Assembly: GCA_013416795.1 (NCBI GenBank)
Contig: RQSC01000630.1
Coordinates: forward strand, 298,576-350,737
DNA length: 52,162 bases
Reading direction: 5' to 3'
Source of the DNA: Prasinococcaceae sp. CCMP 1430
Taxonomy: Eukaryota; Plantae; Prasinodermophyta
In this document: in pieces, positions 33,101 to 44,843 of the stretch
Position numbering within the stretch: position 1 is the first letter of the stretch
How the letters are laid out: each line of letters starts with the position of its first letter
Program-made: the position numbers and the translations under genes
Notes under the pieces: generated by a model
Database searches by the model: none
What the model saw: the letters and a program-made list of their open reading frames with translations, nothing else
What the model was told of the DNA's origin: nothing

Positions 33101-34867
33101 TCGGGACGCCCGTGCGCGAGTTTGTGTTGCTTGTGTCAGCACCTACTCGTAGGTGGGGTCAGGCGCGCATGCAAGCGCCCAGAGCACGCGCGGTGGGGGC
33201 TACACACGGGTGCCAGGCGCCAGCGCGCTTCGTACTTGTCGTCGCCCGCCGTCATAAAAATCGGCGCGAATGGATGCACCGCCAGCCCCCACAGCTCGCC
33301 GTTCGTCTTGAAGCGCGCCTTGTCATAGGACACCACGTGGCCCTGCGTAATCAGTTTCCTGTTCGTCTTCCAGCTTTCCTCGGTGGACATGTCAAACTCG
33401 TGGATCTCACAACTGCGCGTGCCGACCAGCAGGCGCACGCCCTCCATACACACAGCCTTGACGCATGGCGAGCGCGCGTCGTAGAATGCCAGCGGCTTCC
33501 CCTGCGAGTCAGTCATCGCCTCCGACACCTTCGCCATGTCGATGGAAAAGACTTCCTCCAAGCTCGTCGTGAAGAATCGGACCTTGCCGTCCTTACCGCC
33601 CGTAATAGCGTATTCCTCCGTCGTCCAGATGTCGTGCACGGGACCCTGGTGAATCGCGTCGAACCTGTCCAGACAGTGCTCGCCTGTGTCTTCCCACTGG
33701 TAGATGGCGCCGCCCTGCACGCCCGTCAACGTGGTGCCGTCTGGCAGAAACGCAATGCTCAGCACCGTACACGGCGCGCCGAAGCGGCCCCACACGGCCG
33801 GGCGCCCCATCAGATAGGCGCCCTCCATCTCCCAGAATTTGAGGTGACGCACGCCCCCGGTGACCAGTCGGCCGTCGTACGGGTTGTACGCGCAGCTGAA
33901 GATTCTAGACTCGTCGCCTTTTGAGTTGGCCACCAATTTTCGCCCGCCCCAATCATACACTGCCACGGAGTGTTCGTCATCCAAGCCAACTGACCCCAGG
34001 TACTTGCCAGTGCCGTCAAAGGACAGCGAGACCACCGCGCGCTGGTGGAATCCCTTTAGCTCCGCGAGGAGCTCGCGCGTGGTCGAGCGCCACACACAGA
34101 TGGTCGGATCCCTGCCGACCTGGCCAGTGGCGACGACGTCGCGGTCCGGGTGCATGGCCATGCACACTATGTCGTCGGTGTGCTGCAGGAAGTGCCCCTG
34201 TGTGTGCAGCTCGGAGTCATAAACGATACCCACGGCGGCGGCGTGGTAAACGACCATGCCCTCGCGGTTGTAGCACACGTTGTGACGCGCGTCGTGCGAG
34301 CGGTAGCCGTACACATGATCGAGGCGCAGCGTGTTTCCCGGCTTTTCGTGCGCGTCGTGGCGCGTCTGGTACGCGCTCGGCGCGAAGATAGCCACTCTGC
34401 ACGGCTGGCGCGCCAGGAATCCCGTGTCGGTGTTGCGGTCGATTGGACCCTCCGGGGGCTTCGTTCGGCGCGTGTGGCGCTCGTTCTGCTCGGCCTCGAT
34501 CTCTGAATCGACGCCGTCGTTGTTAACGCCCATCCCAACCCCGTCGCCTGCGCGAGAGCAGCGCGTACGAGAGCGTGAGCGCCAGCGCGCACGGTGCACG
34601 CACCGAAGCGCACGCGCACGCTGACCAGCCCGGGACGTCCGCGCGGCTGCACAGCGCACACACAGCGCGGCTGCCGTCCTGATACGCACCTCCCGTCGTC
34701 CCCTCGGCACCGAACCCGAAGCCGGGCGACGCGCCCCCGTACCCAGGCGACCCGCCGCCGTACCCAGGCGACGCGCCGTCATACGCTGCGTAGCGCGAGC
34801 CAGCCGAGCCGTACCCGGGGGGCTTGCCCGGCGGCGGCGGCATTTTGGTCGACGCACCTGCCCCCAT
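30157..34867 (-). CDS. Echinoderm microtubule-associated protein-like (EML5/6-type) WD40 protein with two TAPE domains
   Basis: Introns 34548-34689, 33094-33235 and 31084-31196 give one continuous frame. HELP motifs LRLDHVYGYRSHD and LELEFVYGARAHD; repeated GHSSYITHMDWS / W.TWT..GWPVQG.W signatures. Confidence 0.9.
34721..34783 (-). repeat. Three 21-nt coding repeats (YxGxSPG heptads)
   Basis: YDGASPG YGGGSPG YGGASPG in exon 1 of the EML gene. Confidence 0.8.
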
Positions 34868-35689
34868 CGCACCACTCCTGTTCTAACGCCGCCCCCTACG
34901 GTACTCTCACACGCGGGCGAGGGCGAGGGGTCGCGGGGGCGGGCGCCCCGCCCCGCACCACACGACGCACCTCCCCGCCCTGCCCCAGCGCGCCCGCTGT
35001 GGCGCGCACGGCGTTGATTCGAACCTTCGAAGTTCGAACGGTCAGCCCACATCGCAATCGCATATCACTTCGCATGGGGTGAATGAGCTGAGTCATCAGT
35101 CTCCCGTGTGTTACTTTAAACTGTTTGTAGATGTAGTGATAGAAGATATACGAAAGGTGTACTGATGGGTCGCGTCGGCAGAAAAAAGCGCACGCTCTGC
35201 GCGGGAGAAACGGGTGTTGGCAGCGGGGCGGCGGGCGCCACAGGGCGCGCCCCTTTCCCCCCCCCTCCCCCCCCCTCTTTGCCTCCCCCGCAAGTCGAAC
35301 GATCAGCAGAGGCGCCATTGGGGCGGCCCGCGGGGCACGCAGCGGGCGCGGCGGCGGGGCTGTGCGCTCGCGGCGGTGACGCGCGGCCCCCGCCATCACC
35401 GTCGGACCGTGACATTGTTGGCTTCTTTTGCGGCCCACTGTGTGGGTGCGCGTGCGGGCCGGCAAGTGCGGCCCATACACGCGCGGCACGCGCATGGCGG
35501 CAGGACACGTCCCGTAAGAGGCTGGCGGCGCGTGCGGAGGTAAATTCTCTTCCGCCGCTGACTGTGGGGGGACGCTCTGCCTTGGGAAGGGAGCATCGGT
35601 CGGTAGAGGTTTCCTTCGACGCCTGCGATCGATCGCAGTGAGAGAGGGCTGTTGTCGATCGATTGTAGCGCAATCCCTCAGGCGAGACC

Positions 35690-38200
35690 ATGCGCGGACG
35701 CAGCCCGAGCTCAGAAGTGGCGACGCCGCCTGTGGGAAGGGCAGCCTCTGCAACAGTGACTCACGCTGTGCAGAAGAAGGACGCGAAAGGCAAAGAGCCC
35801 GCGGACAGCACTGTCGCCGCGACGGCGGCGCGTTCGAGGCCGAGGGTCGACGGCACTGGCGGCGCGGGTGGTTCCTCATGTGAGGCTGGCGCGATCATGA
35901 TCGCAAGGGATGACGAGGAACCCCAGTGGCTGCTTATGCCAGCGATTGCTGACAACGTTATGGCTCGTGCCACAGCGCAGTCGCTTGCAGCTCTGGAATG
36001 CACTGCCAAAGGCCTGCGCGGGCGCACCGAGGCGTATGCCAAGCTGCAGGTGCTCGAGCGCCATCCTGGCGTGAAGCCCCCTCCTAGTACTACAGCCCTG
36101 CCGGCGTCGTCTTCCGTGCCTCGTCAGACGAGGTATCGCACGCGCCGCGTCACGCGTGAGGCGGCATCGGTTGGCAGCTCGGCGAGCTCGCCACCAGAAG
36201 CCCCGCCGTCGTGGTCCTGGAAGCGCGCACTTCGCGCCATCGAGCTTTGTTCCAGCAGTGCGGTCGTCGTTGGCGGCTTCAACAAGAATTGGGGATCGCC
36301 AAATCATTGCATGGCGTCCACTGAGCTGCTGGTTCAGCTCGAGACGGGCCGGGCGTCGGGACTGCCCATCGGCATGCCAAGCGACGACGAGCTGCGACGC
36401 CTCGCCGGAAGCGAGCGCCTGCTGCCATCACCGGGAACGGCCGAAGAGCCGTTGCCTGACACGCAGACACAGACGCAGTCGCAGTCTCTCCCCGATCTGG
36501 ACTTGGGTAGCAGCTGTGACGACGAGGATGAGGAGTTCATCCGCACTGCTGCCGCGCGTCACCACGCGCGCCAGCTGCGCAAAGAGCTCGTCGCCACAGC
36601 GCGGGCGCGCCTCGGAAGGGGCAGTGCCGTCTCGCGCTGTGACCGTGACGGCGCTGGCCCCAGCGCCTGGGCTTCGAGTGGCGACGACAGCGAGGATCGC
36701 GGCGGTGTCGAAAGACTCGCCACTGGGGACCCCACTGCGCCGCTGCCGCTCCCAAGCATCGACGTCGAGTCTGCGGTTGCGAAGATGCGCGCAGCCGCGA
36801 TGCTGCGCGAAGAGCAGTACACTGCTGCATGCGCCGAGGAAGACTCTCCGGCACCTTGCGGTGAGTTTGACACAGTCGTATCGGTGCTGCGCGCGCCGTC
36901 CTCTGCCTCCGACAGTGCTTTACTTGACCGTCTGAAAAAGGCTACGGCGCGCCACGATGTCATTGGCATCGCGGCGGCAGGGCGCCAATTGCGTGCGATG
37001 TATCACCGCATGATTGGATGGTTCGGCAAGTACAACTTCTCATGTGGCCTCCAGGACAAGCTGCTCACCATGTCCATCGAGCATGGTAGCGAGCGGCGGG
37101 AAGGCGAGGGACACGCTGGTCTCGGTCCGCCAAGCAGCAGCGCCCGCCTCGCAAGCTTTGCGCCGCCGCCCCTTGGCGATGACGTTGCCGACATTTCCGC
37201 ATCCCGCCTTGGCCGACACGTGCTTGTCATCGGTGGCCGCAACGGCACACATGACCAGGACTCCGTGCGCGCATGGGACCCAGCGGGCTTTTTGGGTAGC
37301 GGGTGGATTAAGCTGGCGCCACTGCCATCCCCGAGATCCTGCCTGGCCACAGCTACGGTGTCTGGCACAGCGGGTGCCGAAATTGCTGCTATGTGCGGGG
37401 CGCTCAGATACGAGCCCCACGTAGCCACCCACCATGCGGGTGCTGAGCCTGACGGTGCTCTCGGTCCGCGCTACGGCCCGGCTGCAGGTGTGCTCGACGC
37501 GCAGGAAGGTGCGGGCGTTGTTGCGGTTGGTGGATGGCAGCGCCAGCACGATCCCAACATGATAGGCCTCAGCGAGGCGCTCCTGTACGACGCGTCAGCG
37601 GACGCGTGGCGCCGGCTCCCGGACATGCGCTTCCCGCGCCTGTTTTGCACGGCCACCTCGGTGCCATGCGATGACGGAAGGCTGCATGTCGTGGGCGGCA
37701 TCGCCGTCGCCAATGGCTCGTTGGATCCCGAGCGGCGGCTTGAGGTCTTTGATGCCGGGTCCGGCCGCTGGCTCAGCCCTGATCTGGAAGAGGGCCGGCA
37801 CAACGGCGACCGCATTGTCAGCTGCCGCTGGGGGGCGGCGTCCTGCGCCATGCCCGACGGGCGGCTGCTGATCGCTGGCGGTGGCATATTCTCCCATGTC
37901 CCCGGCTTTGGGAACAATGGAGCAGCGCCGCTCGCGACCCACTCACCCGTGACAGCAAGTGCCATCGCGGTTGACCCACGCGTCCGTCCGTCCGATGCCA
38001 CCACAGAGCTGGAGGACCTGCCGAACATGACATGGGGGGCCGGGGCGACAACTGTGGGGGACAGCGTCTTCGTGATAGGTGGCAACAACACCAAGAACGG
38101 AAACTCTTACCCGCACATCTACACGCTTGACGCCCGCATGCCTAAGTGGCGCTACAGCGGCGCCATGAACGTCGGACGCTGGTGCTTCGGCTGTTGCTGA
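35690..38200 (+). CDS. F-box-like/Kelch-repeat protein
   Basis: F-box-like LMPAIADNVMARATAQSLAALECTAKGLR. Kelch blades VLVIGG..W..LAPLPSPRS, VVAVGG..YDASADAWRRLPDMRFPR, LHVVGG..FD..W and VFVIGG..W..MNVGR. Start could instead be 35898. Confidence 0.8.
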   Translation: MRGRSPSSEVATPPVGRAASATVTHAVQKKDAKGKEPADSTVAATAARSRPRVDGTGGAGGSSCEAGAIMIARDDEEPQWLLMPAIADNVMARATAQSLAALECTAKGLRGRTEAYAKLQVLERHPGVKPPPSTTALPASSSVPRQTRYRTRRVTREAASVGSSASSPPEAPPSWSWKRALRAIELCSSSAVVVGGFNKNWGSPNHCMASTELLVQLETGRASGLPIGMPSDDELRRLAGSERLLPSPGTAEEPLPDTQTQTQSQSLPDLDLGSSCDDEDEEFIRTAAARHHARQLRKELVATARARLGRGSAVSRCDRDGAGPSAWASSGDDSEDRGGVERLATGDPTAPLPLPSIDVESAVAKMRAAAMLREEQYTAACAEEDSPAPCGEFDTVVSVLRAPSSASDSALLDRLKKATARHDVIGIAAAGRQLRAMYHRMIGWFGKYNFSCGLQDKLLTMSIEHGSERREGEGHAGLGPPSSSARLASFAPPPLGDDVADISASRLGRHVLVIGGRNGTHDQDSVRAWDPAGFLGSGWIKLAPLPSPRSCLATATVSGTAGAEIAAMCGALRYEPHVATHHAGAEPDGALGPRYGPAAGVLDAQEGAGVVAVGGWQRQHDPNMIGLSEALLYDASADAWRRLPDMRFPRLFCTATSVPCDDGRLHVVGGIAVANGSLDPERRLEVFDAGSGRWLSPDLEEGRHNGDRIVSCRWGAASCAMPDGRLLIAGGGIFSHVPGFGNNGAAPLATHSPVTASAIAVDPRVRPSDATTELEDLPNMTWGAGATTVGDSVFVIGGNNTKNGNSYPHIYTLDARMPKWRYSGAMNVGRWCFGCC

Positions 38201-38505
38201 GGCACCGTGCCGCCGCCCTTGATTGTCTCTGGAGGCCACCAACAATTACTTCCCTGCTATGCAGTCACGCTTGCACGCATGCATGCAACCTCGCACGCCA
38301 ATTCACACTTGAAGCGACGTCAGTATTAGTAGTTTACAATGACTCAGCACGCGGGATGGGCCTCGCGATCGGAACGCGACGATCGCCGCACGCCCCCATC
38401 GCGCGCGCACCAAGCGCCGATGATGCAGCACGTGCCACCACATAAATTGTACACATTGCACCTTCTTCCTTGTGGAAACAGCCGCATGGCGTGGCATGTC
38501 AGGGG

Positions 38506-39821
38506 TCAGCTGGCGGGGTCAGCCGTGCCTGCTGCTTCGCCTGTCCTTCCTGCGGGCAGCCGACTCCTCTTTCTGACGACGGGCGCGAGCAATGACTCCT
38601 TCGAGTCATAATTGCGCTCCTCCTCGTAGGATTCCTGCATGTACAGAATCTGCAAGAGGGGCCGCCGCACACCCTCGCTCGCATTGGCGAGCCCTCTGTG
38701 CATGCAGCGATAGTCGTAGAGCACGGCGTCGCCCACACGCGCCTCCATCTCCGTGGCGCATCCGAGCACGCTCGCAGCTCCGCCGAAGCCGAGCAACTGG
38801 TCATACGCGTGCGAACCCGGCCAGAACTGGGTGGCGCCTACGCCGCTCCCGAAACGCCGCCCGGCGGGCGACAACAGAGGCACGAACGCACACACGGCGT
38901 ACGGCGGCGCGCACGCTTCGAAATGGCTGCCGTCGTCGTCGCATGCGTCCGCATCGTCTGTCATCGCTCCGCTGTCGGCGTGCGTCGTCGCTGCGGCCGT
39001 GTCCCACCCCGCGGCCGCGCCACGATGTGGGCCGTCGCTGTGCCACTCCTGGTTGGTCGTGCCGGGGCGACTCTCAACGATTGAGCACTGGAACATGATA
39101 GGCTCCTCGTCGCCGAGAGCGAGCCTGACCGCTCGTGCCCATGGCGCGCCGCACGCCAGCGCCTCGACATCTGGGGCGGCATCGAGGTCAATGAGCAGGT
39201 CAAAGCGGTGGCCGCCGCGCGATGCCACATCGGCATAGGTAAACTCCTGAAACGCACCGCCGCCCAGCGCGCGCCCAGCAGCGATGGCGGCACGCTCAAA
39301 TGCCGCCACACGCTGCATACACGCGTCAACCGCCGCCTCGAACAAGGCCCGCGAGCCGCCGCTGCCGGCGCTGTCGCCGCCGCAGCGGAGCGCGGCGACG
39401 CCGGCGCGCCGCAGCGTGTGCGCGGCCCGCCCGCAGTCGTTCGAGGTAAGCTCCGCGCAGCTCCACGTGCGCGTCGGTACTGGCACGGGTGCAGTGAGCA
39501 GCACCTCCACCATGTCGTCGACCCACTCCTCGTCCTCGTCCTCCTCGTCAGAGTCGCCCCCTCCTCGCGGCGCTGGCCGCACGAGCTCCTCCCTTGCCTG
39601 GGCGGCCGCTGCGCGGACCGCCGCGGCAACGGCCACCTCCGCGGCCCCCAAGTCATTGGGACTGCACACGACCGCCGCCGATACACGCAACTCAGAGCCC
39701 CCTGGCCCGCCCGCAGCAGCTTCCAGCCAGCGCTCAATCGTAGCTGCTGCGCTGTCGCCGTGGTGGCCGCCTTTGCCGCCGCTGCCGGCCGTCGCCGCGC
39801 GCAGCGCGTCCGCAACGCGCG
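38506..39821 (-). CDS. PhyH-like 2OG-Fe(II) dioxygenase; 5' exon unresolved (possible ATG at 39938)
   Basis: RPGTTNQEWHSDG (HxD), FVPL, GATQFWPGSH, GDAVLYDYRCMHRGLAN (distal His) and RPLLQILY. The frame is open back to 39834, with a candidate acceptor at 39822. Confidence 0.85.
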
Positions 39822-40124
39822 CTGCGCGCGAATTTCACGAGCGGTGCGAACCGCAACGCGCGCTGCGCCCTGGGCGCCGCTCGCGGCGGCGGCGCGCGCG
39901 CACACGCAGAAGCGCCGCGGCGCCAGGCAGGACGCCATCGCGGACGCGCCCCCCCGTCGCCGGGGCGGCGCCCGCGCGCGGGCTCTGACGCAGCAGCACC
40001 GCCCGTGGCAAGAGCGCACGGGCCAAGGAAACGGTCGCCCCAAAACGGCGCCGGCGGCGTGCACCGGGGAAGCGAGCGCGCCCCTCCTCACAACTCAGAC
40101 CAATGAACACGGCGTCCTTATGTA

Positions 40125-42469
40125 TCAGAGCACCGTCATGTTGCGCTCTGGCACGAAACCGGTGCGCTTCCGCGACGGTGTCTTCGCTGGCGTCGACGCG
40201 TTGCTGCCGCTGCTGAGCGTGCCTGTGAGTGCGTGCGCGGGCGACAGCTGGGCGCGCGCACGAGCGTCCACGCTCACGTCTGCGGTCGGGCGCGCGTCCG
40301 CGCCAGTGTCTCCGTCTGTGTCTGTTCCCTCGCTTGCGTCCGTGGGCAACGGTAGTGCGAGTGGCGTGCCTGCCTTCAGAATTCCAACCCCACGCAGTGG
40401 TGGCAGCTCCTTCGACTTGTGGCCAACACCGTGACTGTGTGCGGCGCGTATGGGCGTGCGCGTGTGCGGGTCAGCACATCGGGCGTGCGCATGTGTGTGC
40501 ACATAGGCACTAATGTCCATGCCAGTGTTTGTGTGTGCTAGAGCATGCCGTGATGCTCGCGGCTGCGCGCGCTATCTCACCTTCCATCCTGCAGCGGCGG
40601 CAGGGCTGTTGCCGGCTTGAGCGGCGGCGCTGCCAACGCGCTCGCCCGCAACACTCGCTCCTCGTCCTCCTGCTTCTTCTCTGCGTGACTGCGCTCCTGC
40701 TCAAGCGGCTGTCGCAGCAGCGTTTGGTTGCTCGCCGAGGACGTGTCTGATTGCCTATGCTCCCCGGTGGTCGACGTGGGCGACACCTTTGGGTAGCACG
40801 CCTCGTCGCCCGCGCCAGATGGCGGACCAACTGTGGCTGGTCTTGGCACTGTCTCCCGCTTTGCCTCCTGCGCCTCCTGCGCGCGCGTGGCCGGTTTGGG
40901 CGCGCTCATCGAGGTCGCACCGCTCTTTCTCCCGCCCCTGTCGCCACCACAATGGCGATCCTCTGTAGAGCAGGAAGTGTCGCCGCCGCCACCCAATTCC
41001 GCTGGGGCTGGCATCGGCGCGGAGCCGTCCTTGAAGCGTGTCGGCGACTTGCCGAAGCCCACGCTCGCCCTGGCGGTCGAAGTAGGAGTCGTAGGAGGAG
41101 TCGCAGTCGCAGGATTGCCCATGTGGTACTCCTGTACTAATTGTCCCAGCACTGGAATCATGGCCACGTGGAAGCCGAAGAACTTCTCGCGCGCGTTGCC
41201 CACGTACAGCGTACCCTCCGCCGCCCCGAGCGTGAGCGCACAGATGGCCGCCTCGACCCTGCAGCATTCCACGGTCTTGTGTGGATCGTGCAGCACGCAC
41301 GCGGGCGTGGGCACGCGTCCGACATCGTGTCAGCCACAAGCGCGCTCCGCGCGTGCCTTCGCATGGCCATGTGCGCTCGCACCTTGACTTCCGCTCGCGC
41401 CTCTCCCTCGCCGCCGGGGTCCGCTTCCTCGAGCTGCTTGTAGTCGTACCATGCGCGCACGGTGTTGTCGTCCCCTCCGCTATAGAGCACGCTCAGTGCG
41501 GAGGACCAACCGAGGGCGTTCACCGCTGCGCCGCCCGCGTGCGCTCGCTCGCACGTGTGCGTGCGCACCAGCAGCCAAGACGAGGCGTCCCAGAATACGA
41601 TGCGGCCATCTGTGTCGCCCGAAGCGAAACGCGTGCCACCCAGCGAGCACACGCACAGAACACGCGCCGTCGCGCCCGCGCCGGGGGCCTCGTCCGGGCG
41701 TGCATTGCATTGCGCACACATCTGAGAGCGGCAGGCACGGCCATCTTGCAATCGCCAGCCTGTCACCATGCCCTCGCCGCCGCTCAGCACCAGCCTATGC
41801 GGAGGGCCATCGTCGCCGTCGGCCATCCCCACCGCCACGCACAGGGCCGGGCTCACTCGTCGCCTGGAAAAGATCAACCGCCGGAGCTTGAGCTCCTCCG
41901 GCTGCGGGCCAGCCACGGGGTGCGATAGTCTGCTTCCGAAAATCCCCTTCACGAGCGCTCGCGCGCGCGCACACCGCGGCACGAAGGCGTTCGCGAGGTT
42001 CGTGTACTCCATCACGTCGCCAGACTCGTATCCGACGTACAGCGCGTCGCCGTCCGAGCTCAGCGCCAGCGAGCAATACCCGTGGCTGTTGCGCGTCTCC
42101 TTGGCCTCCCAGATGAGCTCGCATCTGTCTCCACTCATACTCCACGCGGCGAGCCTATCGCGCGTCGCCGCCAGCAGCACGTGCATGTTGGGGCAGTCGC
42201 ACTCGGCGGCCACGAGGGCACACGCGGGGTGGGCGTCGCATTTGAGAGAGGTGACGGCCACCACCGGGCTCTTTCCGACCTTGAGCTTGTCGACGGTCTT
42301 TCCCGTGTCCAACTGCCACACGCGCACGACGCCGGCGGCCAGCCCGGCGAACGCGAGCACGCCGCTGGCGCTGCGCACGTTGGGCGCGCGTCAGCCGTGT
42401 CAGCACGCGCGCGGCACCCCGATCCTCCAAGCACGGCACGCACGCGTCGCGTGAGTGCGGACCTTCCAT
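40125..42469 (-). CDS. WD40-repeat protein with low-complexity C-terminal tail; start uncertain
   Basis: AGVVRVWQL, ASGDTDGRIVFWD and YSGGDDNTVRAW. Introns 42371-42443, 41276-41382 and 40435-40580 keep one frame. Confidence 0.7.
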
Positions 42470-43258
42470 CGCCAACGGCGTGACTTTCTGCGAGCGCGAG
42501 CGGCGCGCGCCTCGTGGCGACGTCGGCGGCCACGGCAGAGCGCGCGAGCACGCCGGCTTGGCCCGCCCTGGGCGCGCTCGCCGGCATCGTCGCCGGCGCG
42601 CGAACAGCACCGCCTGGCGGGCGTGGGTTACGAGCGCGACCGATGAGCAGCAGCGTGCGGCATTCGAGGAGGTGTCCGCGCCGGCGCCATACCGTACCTC
42701 CTCCTCCTCCCCTCCCCCCAATCCCAAAACCGCTCGCGCTCGCCGCGGTACGTTCCCGCTCGCCTGCCGTCCTCGTCTCTTGCCCCGCTCCTTCCAGCTC
42801 CCCCTGCCCCCTCCTGGCGCCGCTGGCCAGGGCGCCGGGCGCACCGCGCCCCCCCAGTGGCCGCGCCGCGCGCCGGTGCACGGGCGCGCGCGCGGCGCGC
42901 GCGCGCGCGGCGCGGCGAGGGGGAACGTCGAACGCGAAGCTCGCGCTCGTCCTCAAACCCTCCACCCTAAAGAGCGCCCCTGGCTGAGCCCGCCGGCGCG
43001 AACCCAGCCGTCAGCACGCGGAAGCAGCGCACGACGAAGCCTTCGACGCACACAGGCCTGCCCCCAACCTCGCGCGTACCCACCGATGGTACACAGCACG
43101 CGGGGGCACGCACTCCCCTCCACCCTCTCCAGCCTCCGTCCACCGACACAGAAGCGAGCCCCCGCGCGCGGAGGCCGCCGACCAACAACGGCGGGCGAAC
43201 GAAGGGACGCGCGGCCGCAACCGCGCCGCGACCCTTCGCCGCGGAGCTGCTGGCGCGT

Positions 43259-43282
43259 CGCGCGCGCGCGCGCGCGCGCGCG
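43259..43282. repeat. (CG)12 tract
   Basis: Perfect alternating CG; shorter tracts occur nearby. Confidence 0.9.
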
Positions 43283-44053
43283 GATTTCGCGCGGGGCAGA
43301 TTTTTTCGCTGCCGCGCCACCTCGGTTCGGTGGCGATCGCTGCTGGTCTCCCGTGGTTTTTGTTTGGTTTCGGTCGGAAGCGCGCTCGCGCGCGCGCGCG
43401 GGTCGCGGTCGCGGTCCGACGTCGGAGATTCGAATTCTGGGACCGGCTGTTGCTTAGGCGGAACCGCTCCCCACCGCTCGAACCGGAACACGGTCACATC
43501 GCGCGATCCCGCGCGCGCGCGCGCTGATTGGTTGATTGAGGCGCACGAAGGGTGTGGTCGCGGTGGTGGTGTTGGATGGATGCCCACCAGTCAGTGAGAT
43601 GCCGAACGAATTTCGGAATGTGCCTCGTCTTTGTCTTGGGTTGGTTGCGCGCGCCCGTCCCGGGAATCAAATCGAATCCGGGGCCGCGCGCGCGCGCGTT
43701 CGGATTCGGATTCGCGCGCGGTTCGGTTCGGGTTCGGTGTGATGTGCGCTTCGCTTTGCTTTGCGTCTGCGTTTTTTTTTTTTTGGGAGAGGGGGGCTCG
43801 CGGCCATGCGTTCTGATGGGCGCAATCGGAATCGGCGCAGCCTCAGAGCGACGCCACCACCACATTTTTGTGCCGTTCGCGCATCCGAGACCCGCCTGCC
43901 CGCGCGTGAGAGAACCACGAGGATCTAGAAACCATCTGATCCGGTCTGGTGGGGTTAGATAACCCGTAGAGTTACGATTTGAACCCGGTCTTTCCTAGTC
44001 TAACCCGGTCTTGCGCCTGCGTGTGACCCGGTCTGGCCATGAAGGGTGGGGTN

Positions 44054-44843
44054 GCGGCGCGCAGGCGGGCGGCCAGCAAAGCAGGCGACGGAGGCAGCGG
44101 CAACGCACGCGGGCGCGGGCGGCGGCGGCGTCCGGCACGAGGCTGGGAAACCGCACGCACAGCACGCCGCCGACGCAGTACCGCCGCGCCATCGGCCTGT
44201 GCATCGTCAACGACGAGGGGGAGGTGTTCGTCGCGGAGCGCCTCGACGAGCGCGGCGTGTGGCAGATGCCTCAGGGCGGCATCGATGTCGGCGAGAGCCC
44301 CATGGAGGCCGCGCTGCGCGAGCTCGAGGAGGAGACGGGCATCCCGCCAAACGCAGTGGAGGTGCTGCACGACAGTGACAGGTGGCTGTGCTACCACCAG
44401 AACATGACCGTGCGCAACTGCTTCGGCCGGGAAATCTTCTTCGTGGGCCAGGCGCAGCGCTGGTTCCTCATGCGGCTGAAGGTGCCCGGCGAGTCGGCGG
44501 TCGACCTGCACGGGGTCGAGCTCCCGGAGTTCGCAGGGTGGCGCTGGGCGCCCTTCGACGAGGTGGCATCCGGCACGGTCGACTTCAAGAGAGGTGCGTG
44601 GGTGGAGGCACGCGCGGGCCGCACGCCCCGCGGGCGCGCCGGCCACGGCGCCTGCGCGGCGGAGCTCTCGACCCCCCCCCCCCTCCTCTCTCGCATTGCG
44701 CGTGCTGACGCGAACGCCCAACGCGGCGCGTGCCCCCGATCCTTCTCGCGTGCGCAGACTTGTACGCTGCCGTGGTCGAGCAGTTCGAGCCCATTGCGAT
44801 TGCGCACTGCGCTCGCCTGCGGGAGCAGAAAGACTTGCAGTGA
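44054..44843 (+). CDS. RppH/Ap4A-hydrolase-like Nudix protein; 5' end lost at the N join (44053)
   Basis: YRRAIGLCIVN..WQMPQGGIDVGESPMEAALRELEEETG (Nudix box), GQAQRWF, EFAGWRW, VDFKR, intron 44594-44757, then DLYAAV; TGA at 44841-44843. Confidence 0.9.

Noticed and set aside
35075-35110. TPP riboswitch-like GGGGTG..CTGAG..CCC
   Set aside because: The downstream ACCTGAT/P4-P5 elements are absent and there is no thiamine gene nearby.
43938-44034. CRISPR-like array
   Set aside because: Repeats are only ~10 nt with 10-13-nt spacers, there are no cas genes, and the context is eukaryotic.
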